DNA from: Giesbergeria sp.
GTDB taxonomy: Bacteria > Pseudomonadota > Gammaproteobacteria > Burkholderiales > Burkholderiaceae_C
Direction: 5' to 3'
Assembly: GCA_017988165.1 (NCBI GenBank)
Contig: JAGNSH010000001.1
Location: 1 to 41,648 of the forward strand
DNA length: 41,648 nt
Positions within the stretch are counted from its first letter, which is position 1. Each line of letters starts with the position of its first letter. Shown piece by piece: positions 28,172 to 37,495 of this stretch. The notes beneath the pieces are model-generated. The model was not told the DNA's origin and did no database searches. It worked only from the letters and a program-made list of their open reading frames with translations. Position numbers and translations under genes: made by a program.

Positions 28172-29485
28172 ATGCGTTTCATTCACGCTGCCGATTTGCA
28201 TATTGACAGTCCGCTGCGCGGTCTGAGCCGTTACCCGGGCGCGCCGCTGGAGCGTTTGCGCGGCGCCACGCGCCGGGCATTAGAGCGCTTGGTGGACTTG
28301 GCGCTGGCAGAGCAGGTGGACTTTGTCTTGCTGGCGGGTGATTTGTATGACCGTGACTGGCCCGATTTTCATACCGGACTGTTTGTGCGCGGCCAAATGG
28401 TGCGTTTGGCGCGCGCTGGCATTCGGGTGTTTATCGTTCAAGGCAACCACGACGCCCACGGCGTCATCACGCGCCAGGTCAGCTGGCCGGACAACGTCAA
28501 ACTGTTCTCCAGCCGCAGCGCCGAATCCGTGCATTGGCCAGAACTGGGCGTCGCTATCCATGGCCGCAGTTTTCCCGACCGCGCCGTGCCCGAAGATTGG
28601 GTGCCTGACTACCCGCCTGCGCAGCCGGGCTGCTTCAACATTGGCCTGCTGCACACCAGTTTGACGGGTGCCGAAGGGCACGACACCTACGCTCCCACCA
28701 GCTTGGCGCTGCTGCGCACCAAGGGCTATGACTACTGGGCGCTGGGGCATATCCACCAGCGCCAAGTGGTTTGCCAGCAGCCGCGCGTGGTGTTTTCGGG
28801 CAATTTGCAGGGCCGCCACGCCAAAGAAACCGGCCCCAAAGGCTGCGAATTGGTGACGGTGCAGGGTGCCCACATCAACAGCCAGCCGATAGCGCTGGAT
28901 GTGGTGCGCTGGCACCAGTTGGCGCTGGACGTGACGGCGATCGATACGCTCGATGATTTCACCGCCTCTGTGGCGGCGCAGTTGCAAGCCCTGACGCCGA
29001 CGGCGGCCAGCGATGTGTTGCACGCCGTGCGCGTGGTGCTGACCGGCGCATCGGCTTTGCACGCGCTAGAAGCCGCGCAGCCGGGCACGCTGGCCGCTGC
29101 CGTGCAGGCCGCCGCGCAAGATGTGCGCGACGCTGATATGTGGATTGAGCGTGTGCATTTGGCGTTGCGCTCGGCCCTCGATCGGGCGCAGCTGGCGCAG
29201 GGCACTGACGCGATTGCTGAGTTGGTGCGCGGCGTCGATGCGCTGGCGCAAGACCCGGCGGCGCTGGCCGACTTGTGCCGCACCCATTTGGCCGAAGTGC
29301 TGAACAAAATGCCGGCAGAAGTGAGCAGCACTTTGACTGCCTCGGCATCTGCTGCTGCATCCGCTGCGGCGCTGGACGACTTGCCGCGCCTCGATCAGCC
29401 CGAAGATTTGCTGGCCTTGCTGCGCGATGCCGAAGCCACCTTGCTGGCCCGCCTGAACCCTGCCAGCCGCACCGAGGTGGCCTGA
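28172..29485 (+). CDS. Mre11/SbcD-like metallophosphoesterase nuclease (YhaO type)
   Basis: All five phosphoesterase motifs are present: HAADLHID, AGDLYD, GNHD, LLHT and LGHIH; also SGNLQGRH. Confidence 0.93.
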   Translation: MRFIHAADLHIDSPLRGLSRYPGAPLERLRGATRRALERLVDLALAEQVDFVLLAGDLYDRDWPDFHTGLFVRGQMVRLARAGIRVFIVQGNHDAHGVITRQVSWPDNVKLFSSRSAESVHWPELGVAIHGRSFPDRAVPEDWVPDYPPAQPGCFNIGLLHTSLTGAEGHDTYAPTSLALLRTKGYDYWALGHIHQRQVVCQQPRVVFSGNLQGRHAKETGPKGCELVTVQGAHINSQPIALDVVRWHQLALDVTAIDTLDDFTASVAAQLQALTPTAASDVLHAVRVVLTGASALHALEAAQPGTLAAAVQAAAQDVRDADMWIERVHLALRSALDRAQLAQGTDAIAELVRGVDALAQDPAALADLCRTHLAEVLNKMPAEVSSTLTASASAAASAAALDDLPRLDQPEDLLALLRDAEATLLARLNPASRTEVA

Positions 29486-32400
29486 TGAAAATCCACACCC
29501 TGTTTTTGCACGCCTTTGGCCCGTTTACGCAAACGGTGCTGGACTTCAGCGGCAGCGCCCAACTGCACTTGGTGTATGGCCCCAACGAGGCCGGTAAATC
29601 GTCGGCACTGCGGGCCATGGGCGACTTGCGCTATGGCATTCATGCGCAGAGCAAAGACGATTTTCTCCACGCCTACCGCGAGATGTCTTTGGCCGGCACT
29701 TTTGTCGATGCCTCCGGCCAGCTGCTGGGGCTGGCGCGGCGCAAAGGCAATAAAGACACGCTGCTGCTGGCTGACCCGCAGACCGGCGCGCCGCTGGCCG
29801 GCAGCACGGTCACCCCGGCGATGTTGCTGGCGCTGACGGGCGGCGTCGATCGGCAGCAATTTGACACTTTGTACGCGCTGGACGCTGAACGCTTGCGCAA
29901 AGGCGGGCAACAGCTGATCCAAGGCGAAGGCGAATTGGGTGCAGCGCTGTTTGAAGCCAGCACCGGCACCGCTGGCATCCAAGCCATGCTGGCCACGCTG
30001 GCCAATGACGCCAAACGCTATTACGCGCCGCGTGGCCAGACGATGGTGCTCAACGAGGCGGCGCGCCAGCTCGACGAGGCGCAGCAGCGCTACAAAAAAG
30101 CCATCACCCGCCCCGAGCAATGGAAGCAGCTAGAGCGCGCCCAGCAAGAAGCCCAGCAGCAGCTGAGCGACATCCGCACGCAACTGACCAGCCAGCGCCA
30201 GCGCGTGGCGCAATTGGCCGAGCTGCGCGCTGTCGAGCCTTTGCTGCGCGACTTGGACGCTGCCGCGCAGCACTGGCAACAGGTGCAGGGCAGTGTGGCC
30301 TTGGCCGCCGACGCCCGCGAACAGCGCTTGGCCGCGCAAGAGCAAGCCCGTCAAGCGCAAGAAATGCTGCAAGCCGCCGACGCCGCCTTGCAGCAGTGCC
30401 AGCAAGACTTGCAAGGCCAGTCGCCCGAGCCGCTGCTACTGGCGCACAGCGGCGCCATTGAGCGACTGCACACCGACGCCGCCCAGGTGCGGCGCACACG
30501 CGATGAAGTGGCGCGTTTGCAGGCCATTACCCACACCGAAGCCGAACAACTGCGCGCCCAGGCCGAGCGTTTGGGCGTGCCTGTCAGCGCGGGGCATAAC
30601 CTGCACGCGCTGCACTCCCTGCACGCCATATCGGCGCAAATGCCGTCTGCTGACGAGCACAGCGCTGCCGAACAAGCGCTGCAACAGATGCACGACGCGC
30701 GCCACAGCCTGCACAGCGCCCTTGCCCAGCAAGAGGCTTTGACGGCCCGCCAGCAACAGCTACAGCAACTACAACAACAAGCGCAGGCGCTGGTGTCACC
30801 GCAGCAGCAGCAGGCGCTGTCCTTGGCTTTGCAGCGTGCGCTGTCCTTGGGTGATGCCGAGCCGCGCCGAGAGGCCTTGCAGCGCGCCGCCGACGCTGAC
30901 CAGCGCAAGCTGCAACAAACCCTGAAAGACATGGGCTTGACAGCGGCGCAGGACTTGTCAGCGCGGGGGCATTTGGCCAGCGCCCGCATAGACGACTACG
31001 AGCAAGCGCAAAACGCATGGCACAGCGCCGCCGCGCTTGACCACAGCGAATTGCAAACACTGGACAAGCACCTGGCCGAGCAACAACGCCGCCGCGCCGG
31101 CTTGGGCGCGGTGGGCGAAGTCATCACCGCCGCCACTTTGCAGCAAGCGCGGGCGCTGCGTGAGCAAAACTGGCAGGGCGTGCGCGCCGCGTTTGTCGTG
31201 TGTGCTAGCCCGACGCCGGCCAACCACAGCGCGCTGGTGCAAGACTTTGAGCGCGCCCAAAACGAGGCCGACCGCCAAGCCGATTTGCTGCGCGAAGGAG
31301 CGCAACGCGCCGCGCAGATCACCGAATGCGAGCAGCGCATTGCCGAAATGCAGCAAGCGCAGCAGGCGCTGATCGCCCGCCAAGCCGAGCGCCAGACCGC
31401 GCTGGCCGCCAGCCAAGCGCGCTGGGCGCAGACGCTGGCCCAAGCTGGCGTGCCTCTGGGCGGCGCCGCCGAAGTGCGCGAATGGCTGCAACTGCGCCAC
31501 AGTGCGCTAGAGCAACAAGAGCGTTGGCAGCAAAAGAGCGACGAACAAACGGCACTGCAAGCGCAAATCGACAGCGCCCAAAGCGCGCTATGCGCCGCGC
31601 TCGCCGCTTTGGGTGCGGTGATACCGCCAGACGCCAGCGATTTGGCCAGCCAAGTGGCGCTTGGCACCGCTTTGGAGCGCGATCTGGTACGCCAACGCGC
31701 CGCCATCGAGCAGCGCAGTCAAGACTTGGCCGATGTGGCGCAAGGCCTCCAAGCGCAAGCGCGCCAAGTGGCGCAGCAACAGCAACAAGTCCAGGCCAGC
31801 CAAAGCGCCCTCGGTGTGCATTGCCAGCGGTTGTACCTGTGCGCTGATGCTGCGCCCGCGCAGGTGCGGGCGCAATGCCAAGCGATGCGCGACTGGAGCA
31901 GCGCTTATCTGCTGCACCACAAACAATTGCTGCAACTGCACGCCCTGCAAGCCCACGCCAGCGCACTGGCCAGCGACGCCGCAGCGCTGGGCGCGCGGCT
32001 GAACGAGCCTTTGAGCGAGCCGATAGAACTTTGGGTAGACGCGCTGGCGCGCCGCTTGGCGCAATCGCGCGAGGCCAGCGCCCTGCACGCCGCGCTGCGC
32101 AAGACCGAGGCCGCCGAACACCAGCGCCAACAGCGCGCCCAAGCCCTTTTGGCCAGCGCCCAGCAAACGCTGGCTGCGCTGTGCGCGCAGGCGCAGGTCG
32201 GCCAAGCCGAGGCGCTGCCCGAAGCCGAAGATCAGTCGCAGCAGCGCCGCGCCGCCGAGCAGCGCTGGCAGGCGTCGACGCTGCAACTGGCCAAAACCTC
32301 CGCGCAAGACGCCAACGCCCTGCGCGCCGCGCTGGCGCAGCAAGACAGCGCCGCGCTAGATCAAGAAAAACAGGCGTGCATAGCGCATATTGAGCAGCTA

Positions 32401-33063
32401 GAGGGCGACGAAAAAACCGCCATTGCCACCGCCTACGCCGCCCAACAGGCGCTGGCGGCCATCGACACCTCTGACGCTGCTGCGCTGGCGCGTGAAGAAA
32501 TGGAATCTGCCGTCGCCCGCTACCGCGCTGGCGTGCGCCCGTGGGCGCAGCTCAAGCTGGCCCATGCCCTGCTGTCCCAAGCGCTGCGCCGCCACCGCGA
32601 GCAGGCGCAAGGGCCGGTGCTGGCGCTGGCCAGCGGCTATTTTTGCCAGATGACTGGCGGGCGCTTTGCACGCTTGCTGGTCGATGCCGATGGCCATGGC
32701 CATGGCGAAAACCCACTGCTGCTGGCCCAGCCCGAGCAGGGCGCGCCCATCGGCATCGCCGCGCTGAGTGAAGGCACCGCCGACCAATTGCACCTAGCGC
32801 TGCGTTTGGCCGCGCTGCAAGTGCAGCGCCAGCCCGAGCGCCAAACGTCGCAAACGTCGCAAACGTCGCAAATGCTGCCAATGCCGCTGGTGCTGGACGA
32901 CGTGCTGATGACCGCCGACGACGCCCGCGCCGCCCAAATGCTGCAAGCGCTGGCGCAGTTTGCCGCGCAGCAGCAGGTGCTGGTGTTCACCCACCATCGG
33001 CATTTGCTGGAGATTGCCAAGCGCAGCTTGCCCGCTGGTGTGCTGCGGGTGCATACGCTGTAG
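29485..33063 (+). CDS. Rad50/SMC-like ATPase with long coiled coil (YhaN/AAA_27 type), 1192 aa
   Basis: Walker A GPNEAGKS at the N-terminus. At the C-terminus: signature LSEGTADQ, Walker B LVLDD and H-loop FTHH. A Q/A-rich helical region lies between. TGATG stop/start overlap with the nuclease; GAGGTGG SD. Confidence 0.92.
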   Translation: MKIHTLFLHAFGPFTQTVLDFSGSAQLHLVYGPNEAGKSSALRAMGDLRYGIHAQSKDDFLHAYREMSLAGTFVDASGQLLGLARRKGNKDTLLLADPQTGAPLAGSTVTPAMLLALTGGVDRQQFDTLYALDAERLRKGGQQLIQGEGELGAALFEASTGTAGIQAMLATLANDAKRYYAPRGQTMVLNEAARQLDEAQQRYKKAITRPEQWKQLERAQQEAQQQLSDIRTQLTSQRQRVAQLAELRAVEPLLRDLDAAAQHWQQVQGSVALAADAREQRLAAQEQARQAQEMLQAADAALQQCQQDLQGQSPEPLLLAHSGAIERLHTDAAQVRRTRDEVARLQAITHTEAEQLRAQAERLGVPVSAGHNLHALHSLHAISAQMPSADEHSAAEQALQQMHDARHSLHSALAQQEALTARQQQLQQLQQQAQALVSPQQQQALSLALQRALSLGDAEPRREALQRAADADQRKLQQTLKDMGLTAAQDLSARGHLASARIDDYEQAQNAWHSAAALDHSELQTLDKHLAEQQRRRAGLGAVGEVITAATLQQARALREQNWQGVRAAFVVCASPTPANHSALVQDFERAQNEADRQADLLREGAQRAAQITECEQRIAEMQQAQQALIARQAERQTALAASQARWAQTLAQAGVPLGGAAEVREWLQLRHSALEQQERWQQKSDEQTALQAQIDSAQSALCAALAALGAVIPPDASDLASQVALGTALERDLVRQRAAIEQRSQDLADVAQGLQAQARQVAQQQQQVQASQSALGVHCQRLYLCADAAPAQVRAQCQAMRDWSSAYLLHHKQLLQLHALQAHASALASDAAALGARLNEPLSEPIELWVDALARRLAQSREASALHAALRKTEAAEHQRQQRAQALLASAQQTLAALCAQAQVGQAEALPEAEDQSQQRRAAEQRWQASTLQLAKTSAQDANALRAALAQQDSAALDQEKQACIAHIEQLEGDEKTAIATAYAAQQALAAIDTSDAAALAREEMESAVARYRAGVRPWAQLKLAHALLSQALRRHREQAQGPVLALASGYFCQMTGGRFARLLVDADGHGHGENPLLLAQPEQGAPIGIAALSEGTADQLHLALRLAALQVQRQPERQTSQTSQTSQMLPMPLVLDDVLMTADDARAAQMLQALAQFAAQQQVLVFTHHRHLLEIAKRSLPAGVLRVHTL

Positions 33064-33090
33064 CGGCAGAGGTAAATTTAAGCCAAAACG

Positions 33091-33138
33091 GCCTCTAGCC
33101 CTTACGTAGCAAGCGCTTGCAGCTATCATTTTTAATAT
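33091..33138 (+). repeat. Dispersed ~48-bp repeat, copy after the SMC-like gene
   Basis: GCCTCTAGCCCTTACGTAGCAAGCGCTTGCAGCTATCATTTTTAATAT. Confidence 0.88.
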
Positions 33139-33187
33139 TTTTTGACGCTTTATATGGCTACCAGACAACAGGTATGCTTGCCGCCCT

Positions 33188-34009
33188 ATGACCACTCACT
33201 TTGGCCTCATCATCGTTGGCGATGAAATTTTGTCTGGCAAACGCCAAGACAAACACCTGCCCAAAATCATCGAACTGCTGGCCGCACGCGGCTTGGCGCT
33301 GTCCTATGCCGACTATGTCGGTGACGAGCCCGAACGCATCACCCAAGCCTTGGCGCGCGCCTTTGCTTCGGGCGACACGGTGTTCAGCACCGGCGGCATT
33401 GGCGCTACACCGGACGACCAAACCCGCCAAAGCGCAGCGCGCGCGCTGGGCGTGCCGCTGCAAGCACACCCGCAGGCGCAGGCGCTGATTTCTGAGCGGA
33501 TGCAAGAAATAGCGCTGGAGCGCGGCGAAACCTACGACGCCCAGAGCCCAGACAACCTGCACCGCTTGAACATGGGCGTGTTTCCGGCGGGCGCCCGCAT
33601 CATTCCCAACAGCTACAACAAAATTGCCGGCTTTAGCTGTACTGGCAGCGGTGGTGGCAGCGTTCACTTTGTGCCCGGTTTTCCGGTCATGGCGTGGCCG
33701 ATGATCGAGTGGGTGCTCGATCAGCACTGCGCCCACCTATTTCACCAAGCGCCGCAAACCGAACACTCGGTGCTGGTGTTTGGTGCCATGGAAGCGAGCC
33801 TGACACCGCTGATGGAGCGCATTGAGCGCGATCACGCCGGCGTGCGCGTGTTCAGCCTGCCCAGCGTCGATCACCCGCTGCATGGCCGCCATATTGAGCT
33901 GGGCGTGAAAGGCCCGTCGGCGGCTATTCCTGCGGCGTGGGCTGATTTGCGCGCCGGTCTGCACCAAGCTGGTGCAAATTGCGGCACCGAATTGGTGCGC
34001 AATGTGTGA
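33188..34009 (+). CDS. CinA-like molybdopterin-binding-domain protein (COG1058 type)
   Basis: Motifs IIVGDEILSGKRQD, VGDE, STGGIGATPDDQT and PGFP. Confidence 0.88.
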   Translation: MTTHFGLIIVGDEILSGKRQDKHLPKIIELLAARGLALSYADYVGDEPERITQALARAFASGDTVFSTGGIGATPDDQTRQSAARALGVPLQAHPQAQALISERMQEIALERGETYDAQSPDNLHRLNMGVFPAGARIIPNSYNKIAGFSCTGSGGGSVHFVPGFPVMAWPMIEWVLDQHCAHLFHQAPQTEHSVLVFGAMEASLTPLMERIERDHAGVRVFSLPSVDHPLHGRHIELGVKGPSAAIPAAWADLRAGLHQAGANCGTELVRNV

Positions 34010-34031
34010 TGGCTGGCGCCGCCGTGGTGCC
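33960..34031. promoter_or_regulatory. NtrC enhancer sites for glnA
   Basis: TGCACCA-AGC-TGGTGCA (33960-33976, perfect consensus), GGCACCG-AAT-TGGTGCG (33983-33999) and a weaker GGCGCCG-CCG-TGGTGCC (34015-34031). Confidence 0.85.
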
Positions 34032-34083
34032 ATAGCCGCAGCGCTGGCCGCACAGCCTGTCGCCGCGCCGCTGGTTTGGCACT

Positions 34084-34099
34084 TGGCATACAACCTGCT
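34084..34099 (+). promoter_or_regulatory. Sigma54 (-24/-12) promoter of glnA
   Basis: TGGCATACAACCTGCT has exact GG-N10-GC spacing. Confidence 0.85.
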
Positions 34100-34147
34100 T
34101 ATCACTTCATAGTTGTATTTTTAACCCGCGTTTTTCAGGAGAGATTG

Positions 34148-35563
34148 ATGGCCCAGACCGTTGCAGACGTGATGAAGATGGTGCAAGACAACGAAGTCAA
34201 ATTCGTCGACTTTCGCTTTACCGACACCCTTGGCAAGCAGCACCACACCACGGTGCCGGTGTCGCATTTCGACGAAGACAAGTTCTCGTCCGGCCACGCT
34301 TTTGATGGCTCATCGATTGCTGGCTGGAAGGGCATCGAGTCGTCGGATATGCAGCTCATCCCCGACCCCAACACCGCCAACATTGACCCGTTTTTTGAAG
34401 AGCCCACGCTCATCTTGAACTGCGACGTCATCGAGCCGGGCGACGGCAAAGCCTACGACCGTGACCCGCGCTCGATTGCCAAGCGCGCCGAGGCGTATCT
34501 GAAAGCCTCGGGCTTGGGCGACACCGCCTTTTTTGGGCCAGAGCCAGAATTTTTTATCTTTGACGGCGTGCGCTGGTGCAACGAGCCGGGCAAGGTGATG
34601 TACGAAATCGAAGAATACGAAGCGCCCTGGAACTCGGGCCGCGACCTCGAAGGCGGCAACCGCGGCCACCGCCCCACCACCAAGGGCGGCTACTTTCCAG
34701 TGCCCCCGGTGGACAGCACACACAACCTGCGTGCCGAGATGTCCTTGATTTTGGAGTCGCTGGGCATTCCGGTGGAAGTGTTCCACCACGAAGTGGCGGG
34801 CGCCGGCCAAAACGAAATCGGCACCCGTTTCAGCACCTTGGTGCAGCGCGCTGACTGGACGATGCTGCAAAAGTACGTCATCCATAACGTCGCCAACAGC
34901 TACGGCAAAACCGCCACCTTCATGCCCAAGCCCTACGCCGGTGACAACGGCTCGGGAATGCACGTACACCAGTCGGTCTGGAAAGATGGCAAAAACTTGT
35001 TTGCTGGCGACGGCTACGCTGGTTTGTCGGACTACGCGCTGTATTACATCGGCGGCATCATCAAGCACGCCCGTGCGCTCAACGCCATCACCAACCCCGG
35101 CACCAACAGCTACAAGCGCTTGGTGCCGCACTACGAAGCACCCGTGAAACTGGCCTATTCGGCTAAAAACCGCTCAGCCTCGATCCGTATCCCCTACGTG
35201 TCAAACCCCAAAGGCCGCCGCGTCGAAGCACGTTTCCCCGATCCACTGATGAACCCGTACTTGGGTTTTGCCGCGCTGTTGATGGCCGGCTTGGACGGTG
35301 TGGAAAATAAAATCCACCCCGGCGAAGCCGCGACCAAAGACCTCTACCACCTGCCGCCTGAAGAAGACAAGCTGGTGCCCACCGTCTGCCACAGCCTGGA
35401 CCAAGCGCTGGAAGCACTGGACGCCGATCGCGCCTTCCTGACCAAGGGCGGCGTGTTCTCCGACAATATGCTGGACGCCTACATTGAGCTGAAAATGGGC
35501 GAAGTCACACGCTTTCGCACGGCGGTACATCCGGTTGAATACGATATGTATTACTCGCTGTAA
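34148..35563 (+). CDS. glnA: Glutamine synthetase type I
   Basis: Motifs [35 protein letters not shown] and NRSASIRIP, plus the adenylylation-site region DLYHLPPEE; CAGGAG SD. Confidence 0.99.
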   Translation: MAQTVADVMKMVQDNEVKFVDFRFTDTLGKQHHTTVPVSHFDEDKFSSGHAFDGSSIAGWKGIESSDMQLIPDPNTANIDPFFEEPTLILNCDVIEPGDGKAYDRDPRSIAKRAEAYLKASGLGDTAFFGPEPEFFIFDGVRWCNEPGKVMYEIEEYEAPWNSGRDLEGGNRGHRPTTKGGYFPVPPVDSTHNLRAEMSLILESLGIPVEVFHHEVAGAGQNEIGTRFSTLVQRADWTMLQKYVIHNVANSYGKTATFMPKPYAGDNGSGMHVHQSVWKDGKNLFAGDGYAGLSDYALYYIGGIIKHARALNAITNPGTNSYKRLVPHYEAPVKLAYSAKNRSASIRIPYVSNPKGRRVEARFPDPLMNPYLGFAALLMAGLDGVENKIHPGEAATKDLYHLPPEEDKLVPTVCHSLDQALEALDADRAFLTKGGVFSDNMLDAYIELKMGEVTRFRTAVHPVEYDMYYSL

Positions 35564-35606
35564 AGCGCGTAGCCCGCTGGCGCTGCTGGGCGCCAGCCAA
35601 TAAACC

Positions 35607-35631
35607 AAGGCGGTGCAATACCGCCTTTTTT
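35607..35631 (+). terminator. Rho-independent terminator of glnA
   Basis: AAGGCGGT-GCAAT-ACCGCCTT followed by TTTT. Confidence 0.85.
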
Positions 35632-35788
35632 ATTGCCCCAGCGCCGGGAACTGGCGCGGCGCCAGCGCCCTCTCATGCACCATTGGATGCATTTGCGCGT
35701 CTTTTTGGCCGATGGGCCCAACGGGCTTTGGGAGATACTCGGCCCCTGCCCCTGCCACTGCCCGTTAGCGGCGCTGCGTGAGAAATTG

Positions 35789-36337
35789 ATGAAAAAAACG
35801 CTTTTTACCCTGCTGTCCACCTTGTTGCTCGGCGCTTGGTGTGCGCCAGCCGCTTGGTCACAAGACCGCATCTACCGCTGCGGCAACGAATACACCAACA
35901 ACGCCAGCCAAGCCAAAGACCGTGGCTGCAAGCTGGTCGAGGGCGGTAACGTCACCGTGCTGCAAAGCTCGCGCCCAGCGGCGGCGTCTTCTGGTTCTTC
36001 TGGGGCTTCGTCGTCCTCGTCTTCGTCCTCGTCCTCGTCTTCATCTTCTGCTTCTACGGCCAGCTCACCGGCCAACGCGCCGCGTGTCGATACCAGCACC
36101 CAGCGCACGCGCGATTCAGACGCGCGCATTATTTTTGAGGCCGAGCTGCGCAAAACCGAAAGCCGCCTGGCCGAGTTGACCAAGGAATACAACAACGGCG
36201 CGCCCGAGCGCAATGCACTGGACTTGCGCAACCCGCAGCAATACATGGATCGCACCGCAGAGCTCAAAGCCAATATCGCCCGCACCACCAGCGACATCGA
36301 GAGCATTCGGCGCGAATTGGGCCGCATCTCGCGCTAA
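35789..36337 (+). CDS. Secreted protein of unknown function (DUF4124-like N-terminus, poly-Ser linker, coiled coil)
   Basis: Signal peptide MKKTLFTLLSTLLLGAWCAPAAWS, IYRCGNEYTN...GC, Ser tract and helical C-terminus; its stop abuts the ntrB start. Confidence 0.75.
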   Translation: MKKTLFTLLSTLLLGAWCAPAAWSQDRIYRCGNEYTNNASQAKDRGCKLVEGGNVTVLQSSRPAAASSGSSGASSSSSSSSSSSSSSASTASSPANAPRVDTSTQRTRDSDARIIFEAELRKTESRLAELTKEYNNGAPERNALDLRNPQQYMDRTAELKANIARTTSDIESIRRELGRISR

Positions 36338-37426
36338 GTGAGCGCCGTCTCTGCTATCGCTCCTGCGGCCAGCCGCTTTCAGGCGCTGGATTTTTTGTCT
36401 TTGCTGGTGGCGGTGCTGCACAGCGATGGCACGCTGCTGTTTGCCAACGCCGCGCTAGAAAACACCTTGGGCCTGTCGCGGCGCACGCTGCAAGGCATGG
36501 AGTTGGCGCCGTTTTTTTCTGACCCACAGCTGCTGCACACGGCGCTACAGGCAGCGCGCCAGCATGACTTTGCCACGCTGCGCTTTGAAGCCAGCTTGCA
36601 GCGCCCGGCGCAAGAGGCGGTGCCGGTACACGTCAGCGTCGCCGCCACCGATGGGGCTGGCGAGGTGCTGGTCGAGCTGTGGCCGCTGGCGCAACAAGTG
36701 CGCCAAGAACGCGAAGAACGCCTGCGCGAACAAGCCCATGCGCACAAAGAGCTGATCCGCAATTTGGCGCACGAAATCAAAAACCCGCTGGGTGGCTTGC
36801 GCGGCGCGGCGCAGTTGCTGGAAATGGAACTAGAGCTGACCCACCCCGCCCTGACCGAATACACCCAAGTCATCGTTCACGAGGCCGACCGCTTGCAAAG
36901 CCTGGTCGACCGGCTGCTGGAGCCGCACCGCCATCCGCACCAAGTGGGTGATGTGAACATCCATGAGGTCTGTGAGCACGTTCGCACGCTGGTGCTACTG
37001 GAGTATCCGCAGGGCCTGAGCGTGGTGCAGGACTACGACATCTCTATCCCCGAGCTGCGCGGTGACCGCGCGCAGTTGTTGCAAGCGCTGCTCAACATCG
37101 TGCAAAACGCCGCCCAAGCACTGGCCGATCGCATGGCGCGCGGTGAGCCGGCGCGCATCACGCTGCGCACGCGGGTGGCGCGCCAAGTCACCATTGGCCG
37201 CGAGCGCCACAAGTTGGCACTGCAATTGCATGTCATCGACAACGGCCCGGGCGTGCCCGAGGCGCTGCGCGAACGCATTTTTTATCCGCTGGTGTCCGGA
37301 CGCGATGGCGGATCGGGCTTGGGGTTGGCGCTGGCGCAAACCTTTGTGCAGCGCCACCATGGCCTTTTAGAGTGCGACAGCGTGCCGGGCTGCACCGATT
37401 TTCACTGGCTGATTCCGTTGCCTTAA
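36338..37426 (+). CDS. glnL: Nitrogen regulation sensor kinase NtrB
   Basis: PAS-like N-terminus, H-box LAHEIKNPLGG, N-box LLNIVQNA, DNGPG and GSGLGL. Confidence 0.95.
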   Translation: MSAVSAIAPAASRFQALDFLSLLVAVLHSDGTLLFANAALENTLGLSRRTLQGMELAPFFSDPQLLHTALQAARQHDFATLRFEASLQRPAQEAVPVHVSVAATDGAGEVLVELWPLAQQVRQEREERLREQAHAHKELIRNLAHEIKNPLGGLRGAAQLLEMELELTHPALTEYTQVIVHEADRLQSLVDRLLEPHRHPHQVGDVNIHEVCEHVRTLVLLEYPQGLSVVQDYDISIPELRGDRAQLLQALLNIVQNAAQALADRMARGEPARITLRTRVARQVTIGRERHKLALQLHVIDNGPGVPEALRERIFYPLVSGRDGGSGLGLALAQTFVQRHHGLLECDSVPGCTDFHWLIPLP

Positions 37427-37495
37427 AGCCAAGCCAAGCCAAGCTAGCAGCGGCAGCGGGCGTTTTTTCAACATGCGTACCTGCGAGAACTGTGT

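Noticed and set aside
27170-33190. Prophage or integrative element at tRNA-Pro
   Set aside because: There is no integrase or transposase, and I found no duplicate of the tRNA 3' end (TTCACACCGACCA) downstream. The nuclease and ATPase codon style resembles the host, so at most this is an old islet.
35676-35691. NtrC-like site TGCACCATTGGATGCA upstream of the secreted protein/ntrBC
   Set aside because: It is one base shorter than the 17-bp consensus. The position is suggestive but not enough to call.
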